Assembly: GCA_976940595.1 (NCBI GenBank)
Contig: OZ330105.1
Coordinates: 2,046,001-2,110,000 of the forward strand
Length of the DNA stretch: 64,000 nt
Direction: 5' to 3'
Source: Empusa pennicornis
Taxonomy: Eukaryota
Every line of letters begins with the position of its first letter. Within the stretch, counting starts at the first letter, position 1. This document shows, piece after piece, positions 36,631-47,982 of the stretch. The position numbers and the translations under genes are program-made. The notes beneath the pieces are model-generated. The model did no database searches. It worked only from the letters and a program-made list of their open reading frames with translations, and was not told where the DNA came from.

Positions 36631-38422
36631 ATGACTTCCGTTCGTGATGGCGAAGAAGAAAACATCGCAGACTCGCCGCTGCCTCTGCAGCCCCGCATCC
36701 TCTCCTCCGGCAGCCGCCGAGAGGGAAACGTCGCCTTCGCCGCCGGCCACCGCAGTTTCGCCGCGACTGAGCCTTCAGTCGCTGCCACCATCGTCACCGA
36801 CGCCGGACTCAACACCGCCGCCCCGGGAAAGTGTCGTGGTACGGGGGGTCCCTCGGGATCTACCCACCCGACTGTTACTCGCCGCAGGTCAGCGCCAGTG
36901 GCCCTCATGTGTGAGGGTCACACGGATAATGAGCGACCGGGGACCGACGCCACTCACCCGAATGGTTATCAGGGGCGGAGGAGACCTGGAAGCTGCTTTG
37001 GCGGAAGGGCTGCCCTTGTTAGGGCGGCTTCTCCCCGTCGAAGTTAGCCGAACGGTGCGCCAACGTCCCTGACGACGCTGCTGTGCCTTCGGGCATACTG
37101 AGGACGCCTGCAATTCTCCGCCGCCGCCGCCGGGTCTGTGCCACCTGCGGTGGTACAGGACATTTCACAGGCCAGGCCCAGTGCCCCCAGTACCCAAAAA
37201 GCAGGCAGCCTCCCCCACCACCACAGCATTCGCCGAGACCGACAACAGACGCAGCGACGCGGGACGCCATTCAGGACTCCACGCGGAGCTCCTGAACATC
37301 GGCGCCCGCTTAGCTGCCACGGAGGAGGTCGTCACTACAATCAACAAGAACTGCAAGCCTCCGTCACCACATGCCAGCACCGCTACTCTACAGTCCTTGG
37401 TGCAATCACAGTTAACAGAAAACTCATCGCCACCACGATACAGCAAAGAAGAACTACGCGAGCTGTTTTTCTCAGCTCCGCCGGAGTTGCGGCTCCAATT
37501 GCTGCAGCGCCTCCGAATATCATACAAAGACCTGCAACCGACTGAGGTGAGAGCCCTTCCCGAACTCAACGAACACCAAGATACTACACGGAGCAGCCGC
37601 CGTCAGCGCCACTAGACGCCACATCTTCCAAATCTACCCTCCCTCAACCCTTCCTTTCTCCTTCCCAGTACCACACCTAGTAGATCGGAGGCTACCACGA
37701 GAGGACGAACCTCTCCCTCTAAATCCAGGGCAAGACAACATCCGAGTGGCTCTTCTCGCCGTGGGGCTTTCCATTAGGGCAATACCTGGAAGCTAAAAAG
37801 CCCCTCCCTGTACACCGAAGCATACAGTGCCGGAAGTAGATGCGCCACTTACGCGCGTCCACCCCAGAAGGGGAAGACTACCGATAACCTTGGTAGGGCC
37901 GTCAGCTCTCTGGCCAGTCAACTACTAGCTATCGGGAGGACATTAAGGGGTCTCACAACCCCGATAGGTCGGTGCAAGCACCGGCCTAGCGTACCCAATT
38001 ACCCATGGGTATCGTGAACCACTGCCCTGCCGAATCCAGCCCAATCCGAACAACTCCAATAAAGGAGGGGCTTGAATGTTCGGCCCGACGTACTTCTAGT
38101 GTCGTCAGAAGTACCACAAGTGCTCAGGATCCGCAGCGCCCGCACCACGGCAACTGAAGGGGTCGCTTACGGGGCACACCTAGTATCACCCTGACTTCGC
38201 CACGGCGCAGGGTGGACCTATCGGTTCAGCCTGTCTCCTACCCAACTGGCCCTATTCAGCCCCTGAATCCGCAGGTGCAATTGCGGTACCGCCAGTCCTT
38301 TTCTGCCTTGAATACCGGCAGAGAGGTTTTTTAATGGTTATGGCCTGGAGTTTGAGCCCCACACTCCGAGCTTGCTCGGGTCAGTCCATAAGGCGAATTT
38401 TTCCTCTCCACTTGGAAAAAAA
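36631..38422 (+). mobile_element. Gag-only non-autonomous non-LTR retroelement (HeT-A/HAL1-like architecture)
   Basis: TSD GAACGCCAC at 36622-36630 and 38423-38431; A7 tail at 38416-38422. A single gag-like ORF is followed by ~800 nt of UTR ending AGAGGTTTTTTAATGG...TTTTTCCTCT. No RT motifs seen. Confidence 0.8.
36647..37615 (+). pseudogene. Gag/ORF1-like nucleic-acid-binding protein (RRM-like region plus CCHC knuckles), one in-frame TGA
   Basis: SVVVRGVPRDL..VRVTRIMSDRGPTPLTRMV..LLGRLLPVE, then *RRCCAFGHTEDAC, a CX2CX4HX4C knuckle with TGA (37070-37072) at the first Cys. A second knuckle CATCGGTGHFTGQAQC lies in a shifted frame. ORF 37181-37615 is in frame with ORF 36644-37072. Confidence 0.8.
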
Positions 38423-38452
38423 GAACGCCACTCCAGCAACCTTGCCCTCGAC

Positions 38453-38497
38453 TACTTCTGAAGATGCCCAGCGGAGAGACGAGCGAAATGTCAAGTG
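38453..38497 (+). ncRNA. Minimal hammerhead ribozyme motif (slightly degraded)
   Basis: TACTT-CTGAAGA-T-GCCC(AGCGGAGAGAC)GAGC-GAAA-TG-TC-AAGTG: GUC cleavage triplet, one mismatch in the 4-bp stem II. Confidence 0.7.
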
Positions 38498-39377
38498 CTA
38501 TATTAGCCTATCGACCACGGCCAAAAAGCCCGAACAGTACATTTTATTGGATCAACGCCGGCCGTGTTACATATACATTTTAAATTATTCACAGTTTAAG
38601 GCGCACACTTACTTAGAGAAAATAAAAAAGGTCTTCATGAAAGGGTTACTCTGGATGAGGGGGGACCTCAAAATCTGCCTTACAATAGGTAGCCAAGAAC
38701 TGTCTGCTCCAGAGATGAAGCACAGAATAGTTTTGTTTGTCTTGGTTGGGGTTTCCTGCACCTAACAATAAAAACCTCAATAAAAACACTGCGGTATCAT
38801 TTTCGTGTCTGTAGCACTTCGACACTTGCTGGGGGCAAGTTCCTCTGCACGCAGCAGCAAGCTGTTATTAATTTTTGTTGTAATTTATGTAGAGAGTTGC
38901 TGGTAACGACGTGTCAGAAACTGCATCTGAACGAAATCTCGAGAACCTCTTCTGGACCATTAAACTCTTGAAATATGACGCTTTCTGAAACAACTTCATT
39001 TACAAAAGAAAAATAGCTACACGTTTTCTAAGCCTTGCTACGTCACATCGATTTCTTATTACAAAAACTTTTGTTGCTCGCTTTTACAAACACACATTTG
39101 TAAACAGAGTAAGTAAGTTGTCATGTTTACTAGTGGTACATATTTGTAGCGCAAACAAAACATGAGATACCTGTTTACGCCACCAGGTGGCTTGGGTGTT
39201 TCAGCTGGGACTGGCTTTTCGGAGGTCATGGGTTTCATTCCATGGTCCACCTTATGAAAATGCCGGGAAGGTTTCTTCGTTCCCACAAACGTCCTTTGGG
39301 ATTGCGCTCTATGAATACAGTTTTCAGAGTCGGGGAGGCGCTGGAGTCGTCTATGGGCTCTGTCGCATCCAGAAGTG

Positions 39378-39700
39378 TACGGCGTGCATCCAGAAAGTTA
39401 GTCCGGTGACCGATAAAGAAAACAAACCATCACTAAGTAAGAAATGTTTATCGGAATAATTACATAGACTCACTGGCTACTTTCCAACTCGTAACGCTGC
39501 ACCATTAATTGTATGACCAAGTCATAAAATTCTGTCCGCAGCCACGAAGTCACCTGATTCTGCACCTCAGTGTCACTGTGAAAACGTCCTCCTGCCAGAA
39601 GACGCTTCATGAGACAGAAAAGATGAAAGTCAATTGGAGCGAAGTCGGGGCTGTAGGCTGGATGCGCGAAGATCTCCCATTCAAACTCTACATCAAAGAG
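39378..39700 (-). mobile_element. Mariner 3' fragment
   Basis: FEWEIFAHPAYSPDFAPIDFHLF..RFHSDTEVQNQVTSWL. Confidence 0.85.
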
Positions 39701-40954
39701 TAAATGGATACCATATTCTGTCAAGTAGTGGAAAATTCAGAAAGAAAGACGGCAGATAACAATTCCAGGAAGGCAATTACAAACCACGGCGGTAATGCGG
39801 TCTTTCCCCTCATCTCGTCGTTAAAGTTGAAGTGCTTTCATTGATTTATTACCAAGTAGTTGGCGGAAGTACTCTATATCGTTGAAATATTAACAAGAAC
39901 ATTATCTTGAAAGATCTGTTAATATGTTTGTATAACCAAAAACCTCATAACAAGATATTTTGAAAAACTTAGTAGAAGGGAGAGTTCAAAAAGTGATATG
40001 ATTGTAACTGGTTACAACTTTTAGGATATCCTGGACAAAAACTGTCAGTTTTAACCATGCATTATTTCGGATTCATATGAGTTTAAACATATTTATGTTG
40101 AGATATGATATAGAATGGAATACACAAGAAGGTCACGTTTTTGTGGCTAGATACCTACCTGAACCGCAAGTGGCTGATACATTCCGAGAGCCAAGTAGTT
40201 TTACGGCTTCCCTCTACAAGGAAATTTAATTAAGTATAACGGGTGTAATCATGGCCTACTGTAATTTATAGAGTCGATGTTTCTTCGTATTCAAACTTGG
40301 CGTGCCTTATCTCTGTTCTTCATTTCCATAATTTCACTTGTAGCATTAATTGCTGTGAAATACAAACCAGGCAGTGTTTACGCAAATTTTATCTGATTCC
40401 TCAAATAATTCACCCTTGTTTATGTGTTCGCATTACAATAAATTTAACCACTCGCACCCTATAAATTCTGTTCACACAGCCTAGTAGATTCTGCAACCTT
40501 ACCACAAAGTAGCACCAAAAACTCTTTACATGCGTTATTTTGGGAACCTTAAGTACTTCTACATACAGGCCGACATTCTCCAACGATGGTTTACCAGCAA
40601 ACTTTTCTTTACATGGAAGTATTTAAATATTTCTGTTTTCCTAAAACAAGGCTATAACGTTCAATTAAATCTCTGTCGCAATTCTGCATGGAATTATATT
40701 TTAAGACTCTCTAAAATATACAAAAATACCCGTGTGTATATGTGAAAAGATGGCAGTGGAAAGTGACGACACAATTCTGAGTTTATAAAGGCAATACGCC
40801 ACTAAGTCCATTTGTCAGTTATACGCTGAACTTGCATTAACCTACAAAGCTATACTAAATACCAAGGCGAGGTTAAACAAAACAAATGTCCTAACTATGG
40901 ACATAATAATTTAGTCGTGCACGCACGCACAACAGATACACCGACAAATACATT

Positions 40955-41550
40955 AATTAGATTAGACATGGATGTATTGGATTGCATGGAATGTATTGGT
41001 GGGATGGATTGAATGATATGGATTGATGGATTGGATTAAATACGATGATTTGGATAGGATGGAATGGATAGAGTGTGTGGGATTGGGTGGATTGAGTTGG
41101 CTGTATTAGTTGGGATGGATTAGATATTATGGATTGATGGATTGGATTGAATAGGATTAATTGGATGAGATGGCATGGATTGGATTGGGTAGGATGATTT
41201 GGATAGGATGGATTGGATTGAATTGGATTGGATAGGATGATTTGGATAGGATGGATTGGATGGATTGGATTGGATAGGATGATTTGGATGGGATGGATTG
41301 TATTGGATGCACTGGATTGAATTGGATTGGATAAGATGATTTGGATTGGATAGGTTGATTTGGATAGGATGGATTGGATGGACTGGATTGAATTGGATTG
41401 GATAGGATGGATTGGATTGTATGGACTGGATTGAATTGGATTGGGTATGATGATTTGGGTTGGATAGGGTGATTTGGATAGGATGGATTGGATGGATTGG
41501 ATTGGATAGGATGATTTGGATAGAGTGGATGGGATTGGTTAGATTAGATT
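40955..41550. repeat. Degenerate (TTGGA/GGAT)n simple repeat
   Basis: Directly visible; complementary-type tracts occur at 58500-58770 and 59275-59452. Confidence 0.9.
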
Positions 41551-42469
41551 AGGCAGAAGAGATAGATAATATGGAATACCATACCCTAGCAGCTAATTCT
41601 TTAAACCAAGATATAAATATTCCAAAGCTTTATATTTATTAAAATGTTATATATTTTTGGAAGCTTTTTCCTACAGAAAACGTAAGAATTTAAAATTAAA
41701 ATACAAAATTTGAAACAAATTTAAACAAAATTATCTATTAACCTATAAACTATTTTCCAGTTCCCGGCTGTGTTTCTGATCTACGTACCAAAAGCCGCCG
41801 TAAACCGGTACATAGTTAACAATACCAACTGATGAAACCGCTCAGAATCCACAAGATGTAAAATATTCACCAAAGCCACATTTAAACTAAAACAAACACA
41901 TGTGACGTTACTAGACAAGTGATGGTGTAACTGCCGCCAGAGCGGGCTCCTAAACCCAGCGGATACACACAAACTTTGCTTGAAAGTTTTTACGCCCACA
42001 ACAAACACACCTGAGGGGGAAATGTATTGTGAAGGTTTTATATTCATAATGATGCAAACCCCAAAAACACGGGAACGAAATTATACTTGCGCTGAAGTTG
42101 AAAGTAGAAAGTTTATTATTTTACTTCCGGTTCTCTTAGCCCCAGGATTTATTTCCTTTTCGGATTATGTTGTCTCTCTCTTCCACTGTCATTTATACCA
42201 ACAGCACGCCCATTTATATGTATCTTCCAACGCGCATGCGCACAAGTGTCTGTTGAAGTGCACCTGAGCTCTTTCAGATTTGTCATTTCCTTGTTTCAGT
42301 GCGCTGTGGAGCTTTCATTTGTTTATTTATTAAATGGAGAAGCGTAGTATTTTCTCTACACGCTCTTCTAAAATTGTATATAAAACCTTGTTAGTTTTCT
42401 CGACTGTGTGTTTGCAGTAAATATGAAAAGTAAAACGTGTACGTTTTGTCCCTTGAGCCAAACGATATG

Positions 42470-42640
42470 CGTCTTTGTAACGCGTTCGGCAGGTTCCGGG
42501 TTCGACTTCCAGCGAAAAGCAACTTCGGGTTTCCCCAGGCAGTAAGGCAAACTTTGAAACGCTTTTCCCCTCATTATCATTTAACCGTTTTAATCACTCT
42601 TCATCCAGTTCACTCCGTTACTAAGTCAAAAGTATAGCCG
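42470..42640 (+). mobile_element. Degenerate tRNA-SINE-like fragment
   Basis: B-box-like GGGTTCGACTTCC followed by GGTTTCCCCAGG. Confidence 0.35.
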
Positions 42641-42699
42641 TGGTGTTTCGGTGCAGCGTGACAGGAAAAAGTGTTTCTATCTGCCTGTTGTTCAGTTAA

Positions 42700-42945
42700 C
42701 TGCCGGGATGAGTGGCGTTGGTCCTCTAGATGCAGCGAGGGTGACCGGATGCCTTCCCCCACATCCGGGTCGACTGATTCTAGAGACTTGAGGGTCCAGC
42801 CGTTTGTTTTCACTTACTCCTAGTTTTGGTCGCACCCCTCCTTCCCGAAGACGTCCCTAGGTAAAGTATTCTCACTGTGTGTCATCCGAAAACACCCTAA
42901 GTGTACGTCTCTTAATCCCCTCGAACGGATTACTAGAGAATGACT
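42700..42945 (+). mobile_element. Structured GC-rich fragment, probable LINE 3' UTR
   Basis: Hairpin GACCGGATG/CATCCGGGTC nested inside CTCTAGA/TCTAGAG, followed by further crossing complementary pairs. The LINE assignment is inference. Confidence 0.35.
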
Positions 42946-43177
42946 TGCGTGTGTTTCTGTGTGTTTAAAAACGCCGCCTTAATTCCTAACTTCTTCTTTA
43001 AGTCAAGCTTTCTCCATATCAAAACATTCTAAATATGGGGAAGCTTTCATTTTCTCAAATATGTGTTTAACTATTTTATTAGAAGTATAATACAATATCT
43101 TCATGACAAATGAATGCTTATTTCCAAAATTCTGGGAATACTCACATAAGTCCTCTTCATTCTGGATGATATTCATA

Positions 43178-43673
43178 CATTCTGTCAGGAAAGTTCCGAG
43201 AGTTAGTCAATTAAAATGAATCGTTCATCCAATTTTATTTTATCGCCTTCAAAGTAGACCCCTTCTGAAATTATACATTTATGTCAACGAATAATCCAAT
43301 CATCAAAACATTTTTGTAGGAATCGATGTCAATTGTCGCCGCGAATTTTCCTTTATGTCTTCTATCGACTGTCTCGAAGTGGTAACTTGAGTTTTGGAAA
43401 GAGAAAGAAGTCAGCAGGAGCCAGATCAGCTGAATACGGCACACGAAATACCAAGGAGACAGATTCTTTGTTCAATATTTGTATCCATCCAGCGTAAAAT
43501 TGCAAAATACCTTTGAGATGGAGTACTGTAAACAAAGTATATGACAGATGATAATCAAACTCCGCGTGGGTTTAGAGGAATGTTGTACCAACTTAGCGAC
43601 AACAATAATTTTGAATCCCCTTTTAAACAGGGTTTCTATATGATAAATTCCCGATACTTTCTAGACACAGTAG
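43178..43673 (-). mobile_element. Mariner-derived MITE (deletion derivative of the 15178-16438 family)
   Basis: Both TIRs retained; junction GAATACGG|CACACG joins positions ~15456 and ~16191 of the long copy. Confidence 0.93.
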
Positions 43674-43939
43674 TATAATTCTATCGCAAGTGTAAGAGAT
43701 ACACAAAACACAAATCTCAGTAAAGTACAACAATATTGTAGAGATTTCAAACAACATCATTCCGTATTCTCCACAGAGTATGGAAGTAGAGGCAGATGTC
43801 TAATGTATAAGACCCAAAACAGAACACAAATTCAATGAGATATGAGCACTGGAGTTAAGGAGAGGGGACGCTGAAAACGTTTACAGCGCCATGTTTGTTT
43901 ACCCCTAATAGCACTGAGCCAGGTTTCTCAAACACTTCG

Positions 43940-44250
43940 TCTGGAACTGGCATTTGGGAGGTCCTGGATTCGATTCCCGGTCACCGGATTTTTCGGGGAT
44001 TTTCCCAGGTCGCTGGGGTGTTTTCTCCTGTCTCCCTGCCGTCCTGTCCCATAATTTCATCTCATTTCTCTTCAGGGTTGAGAGACTGCGCCGGTGGTGT
44101 CCGCTGGTGGTGGCGGTGTTTCCTCATTGGAAATACTTCTACTATCCTTGGACGGGTGCCGCTGGTGGTTGCGGAGGGTGGTTTGCTGCCGAGATTGGGA
44201 ACAATATGGCCACTGACACTGGACAGGGAAAAGAGTCCAGAATTTTACAA
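43940..44250 (+). mobile_element. tRNA-SINE-like element (minor family)
   Basis: B-box-like GGATTCGATTCCCGG followed by a GC-rich body. Confidence 0.4.
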
Positions 44251-44408
44251 TAAAATTTATACCTTTGCTGTTGATGGATTCCAAATAAAATGATTCTCGA
44301 TCAAAAACGTAATAATTAACTGATTCTTTGGGAACATTCCAATGCAATACTTCAAATTCTGTTTGAAATACTTGATGGTGATGAAATTTGTGTTTATGCA
44401 AATTATTT

Positions 44409-44637
44409 GCCGCGCCGTGGCCGAGTGGCTATACCATTCGCCTCTCACCAAATTTGGACCGCGTTCCATCCCAGGCGGCCGCATGTGGGATTTGTGATGG
44501 ACAAAGCGGCGCTGGGGGGGTTCTCTCCGGGTACTCACGTTTCCCTCGCATGTCATTCTACCCCTCCTCCATCTCTATGTATCGTCAGTGTCACCGCCTG
44601 TAGTGCCGATGTGGTAAAAACGGGCGTTAAACACTAT
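44409..44637 (+). mobile_element. tRNA-derived SINE, major family (diverged)
   Basis: Consensus match from head to tail. Confidence 0.9.
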
Positions 44638-45362
44638 TGGTGTAGGAAAACTCTGCAAAAGTCCAAGGCAGTACTTGAAATTTGGTTGGAAGCATTTACT
44701 GACGATAAAATTTGGATTTATGGTAACGAACCTGAAACAAAACTCAGTCCTCCAGCGGTGTACAACATTCTGATGAATTCTCAGAGCTGGTTTTAAGCAT
44801 TTGACAGTCAGAGTTTGACGCTTCACAACACCAACCTTTGCTATGTTTGGCTGTATTTCGTCATCTCAGATTGTCAATTGTTTCTTCTGCCCAGTTTGCT
44901 TTTACACGTGCGTTGAGATATAACAATATATGACGCTTCTACCAACATTACAAAAACTCAACCTCAAAGGTGACTACTCAAGTACATTATTACCGCTGGG
45001 AGCGCTGCTTTTCTTCTGTTTTATTATTCGTGATATATCAGATGAACAATAATAACAGGGTAACGTTTTGTTTACGTTATACATCCCACTGTTATCTGTC
45101 TCTAACACAACACACTTAATTCAATTTGTGTGCGTAGCATAACAACAGTTCAGGTCTCTTTGTTTACATACTCATTGTTACTGCTGTACCAAAAATACAC
45201 GTTTATGGCCCCATGTATGCCTAACACACAACCCCATTCAAGACAGGACAGTACTTCCGTATCTTGCGTGGATTTCCAACAAAATTCTCCGAAACGAAAT
45301 AATTATCCTCTACAATTATGTTTTGTACAAATCCTTGTAACTAATACAGTTAAAATAGTACA

Positions 45363-45813
45363 CATTCATCCAATTTTATTTTATCGCCTTCAAAGTAGGC
45401 CCCTTCTGAAATTATACATTTATGCCAACGAATAATCCAATCATCAAAACATTTTTGTAGGAACTTTTAGGAATCGATGTCAATTGTCGCCGCGAATTGT
45501 CTTCTATCGACTGTCTCGAAGTGATAACTTGAGTTTTGGAAAGAGAAAGAAGTCAGCAGGAGCCAGATCAGGTGAATACGGCACACGAAATACCAATGAG
45601 ACAGATTCTTTGTTCAATATTTGTATCCATCCAGCGTAAAATCGCAAAACACCTTTGAGATGAACGTACTGTAAACAAACTAGATGACAGATGACGATCC
45701 AACTCCACGTGGGTATAGAGGAAAGTTGTACCAACTTAGCGACAACAATAATTTCTAATCCCCTTTTAAACAGGATTTTTAAATGATAAATTCCCGGTAT
45801 TTTCTTGACACAG
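45363..45813 (-). mobile_element. Mariner-derived MITE, second copy (left end lost)
   Basis: Same deletion junction as 43178-43673. Confidence 0.92.
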
Positions 45814-46020
45814 CCTCTGAACTCCTCTGCATACTGATAGCTTTTGTATAACTGATAAACTATTTCTATTGTTTTCTCCTGGGATTTTATTGACTCTCAA
45901 CGGAAGTCCTGATGTGTTTTTTTTTTATTTCAAACACAAACAACGAATATATTGAAAATGGTTCACTCTATAAACTATTTGTTTATTCGAAGTCTAACTT
46001 TTCTTTTTTTCTTTTGGTTC

Positions 46021-46054
<34 letters not shown>

Positions 46055-46608
46055 GTCGTTGCGTTTATTATTTCATGCACCTTTCAATAGCGGGTCTATT
46101 TCACGGTTTGAAATATTGCCGATGGTGCTTCAGTGCGGCGTGGCAGTGAAAACGATTCTCTTTCAAGCTCCCACCGTCCGGATTGCTAAACTATAAGAAC
46201 ATCTTGCAACCATTGGGTCTACGTAGAGTCCCTATCTGGTAAGCTGTATTGACCCTTCCATTGCTATGAGGTCACCTCTCAACTCATTCCTCGCTCCCGG
46301 CGGCGTTGCCTATTGAAGTATAGGTGCAATACCTAATCTCGCCGCTGAATCCCCTCACAACAGATTTTAAACTTTCAGCTCGTGGGTTAGATTCCTTGGT
46401 TCAGTACTTGTGGGTGTTTCTCCCCGGTGGCAAGCTGATTCATAATTGTCATGATTGTTCTTTGCCTCGTTTACTATCAGTTCGCTTTCACTCCATCCTT
46501 GTCCGTTGTACAGTTCTTCTCGGTCCTGTCAGATGGCAGTCTATTCGGGTCAGTGCAGGACATTCCGGATCAGCCAATGGGAAAGTGTCTCTGAGTCAAG
46601 TCTCCGTG

Positions 46609-47982
46609 TTCAGTCAGATAGAAGCCTTCTCTCAGCCGCCTCATGTCTACTCTCGCCATTCAGCCAGATGGAAGCCTTCTCTCAGCCGCCTCATGTCTAC
46701 TCTCGCCATTCAGCCAGATGGAAGCCTTCTCTCAGCCGCCTCATGTCTACTCTCCCTGTTCAGCCAGATGGAAGCCTTCTCTCAGCCGCCTCATGTCTAC
46801 TCTCCCCGTTCAGTCAGATAGAAGTCTTCTCTCAGCCGCCTCATGTCTACTCTCCCCATTCAGCCAGATGGAAGCCTTCTCTCAGCCGCCTCATGTCTAC
46901 TCTCGCCATTCAGCCAGATGGAAGCCTTCTCTCAGCCGCCTCATGTCTACTCTCCCTGTTCAGCCAGATGGAAGCCTTCTCTCAGCCGCCTCATGTCTAC
47001 TCTCGCCATTCAGTCAGATAGAAGCCTTCTCTCAGCCGCCTCATGTCTACTCTCCCCGTTCAGTCAGATAGAAGTCTTCTCTCAGCCGCCTCATGTCTAC
47101 TCTCCCCATTCAGCCAGATGGAAGCCTTCTCTCAGCCGCCTCATGTCTACTCTCCCCGTTCAGTCAGATAGAAGTCTTCTCTCAGCCGCCTCATGTCTAC
47201 TCTCCCCGTTCAGCCAGATGGAAGCCTTCTCTCAGCCGCCTCATGTCTACTCTCCCCGTTCAGTCAGATAGAAGTCTTCTCTCAGCCGCCTCATGTCTAC
47301 TCTCCCCATTCAGCCAGATGGAAGCCTTCTCTCAGCCGCCTCATGTCTACTCTCCCCGTTCAGTCAGATAGAAGTCTTCTCTCAGCCGCCTCATGTCTAC
47401 TCTCCCCATTCAGCCAGATGGAAGCCTTCTCTCAGCCGCCTCATGTCTACTCTCCCCGTTCAGTCAGATAGAAGTCTTCTCTCAGCCGCCTCATGTCTAC
47501 TCTCCCCATTCAGCCAGATGGAAGCCTTCTCTCAGCCGCCTCATGTCTACTCTCCCCGTTCAGTCAGATAGAAGCCTTCTCTCAGCCGCCTCATGTCTAC
47601 TCTCGCCATTCAGTCAGATAGAAGCCTTCTCTCAGCCGCCTCATGTCTACTCTCCCCATTCAGCCAGATGGAAGCCTTCTCTCAGCCGCCTCATGTCTAC
47701 TCTCCTCGTTCAGCCAGATGAAGCCTTCTCTCAGCCGCCTCATGTCTACTCTCCCCGTTCAGTCAGATAGAAGCCTTCTCTCAGCCGCCTCATGTCTACT
47801 CTCGCCATTCAGTCAGATAGAAGCCTTCTCTCAGCCGCCTCATGTCTACTCTCCCCATTCAGCCAGATGGAAGCCTTCTCTCAGCCGCCTCATGTCTACT
47901 CTCCCCATTCAGCCAGATGGAAGCCTTCTCTCAGCCGCCTCATGTCTACTCTCCTCGTTCAGCCAGATGAAGCCCTCTCTCA
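46609..47982. repeat. Minisatellite, 50-bp unit, ~27 copies
   Basis: Unit GAAGCCTTCTCTCAGCCGCCTCATGTCTACTCTCCCC(A/G)TTCAG(C/T)CAGAT(G/A). A 100-bp alternating dimer runs from ~47050 to 47570. Confidence 0.97.

Larger units (their letters stand above)
36421..38566 (+). mobile_element. Truncated Penelope-like element: pseudo-LTR with a 5' inverted copy, interrupted by a 1.8-kb insertion
   Basis: 36421-36516 is the imperfect reverse complement of 38448-38543. Both arms contain hammerhead motifs, and CCAAT/GC/TATA motifs lie between them. Inverted pseudo-LTRs with minimal hammerheads are an established Penelope-like element hallmark. Confidence 0.8.

Noticed and set aside
40955..41550. Interstitial insect telomere repeat
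   Set aside because: The motif is TTGGA/GGAT, not TTAGG.
46270..46345. HDV-like ribozyme (TCCTCGC loop, hairpin, CTAA)
   Set aside because: Could not find P1, P2 or P3 partners by eye.
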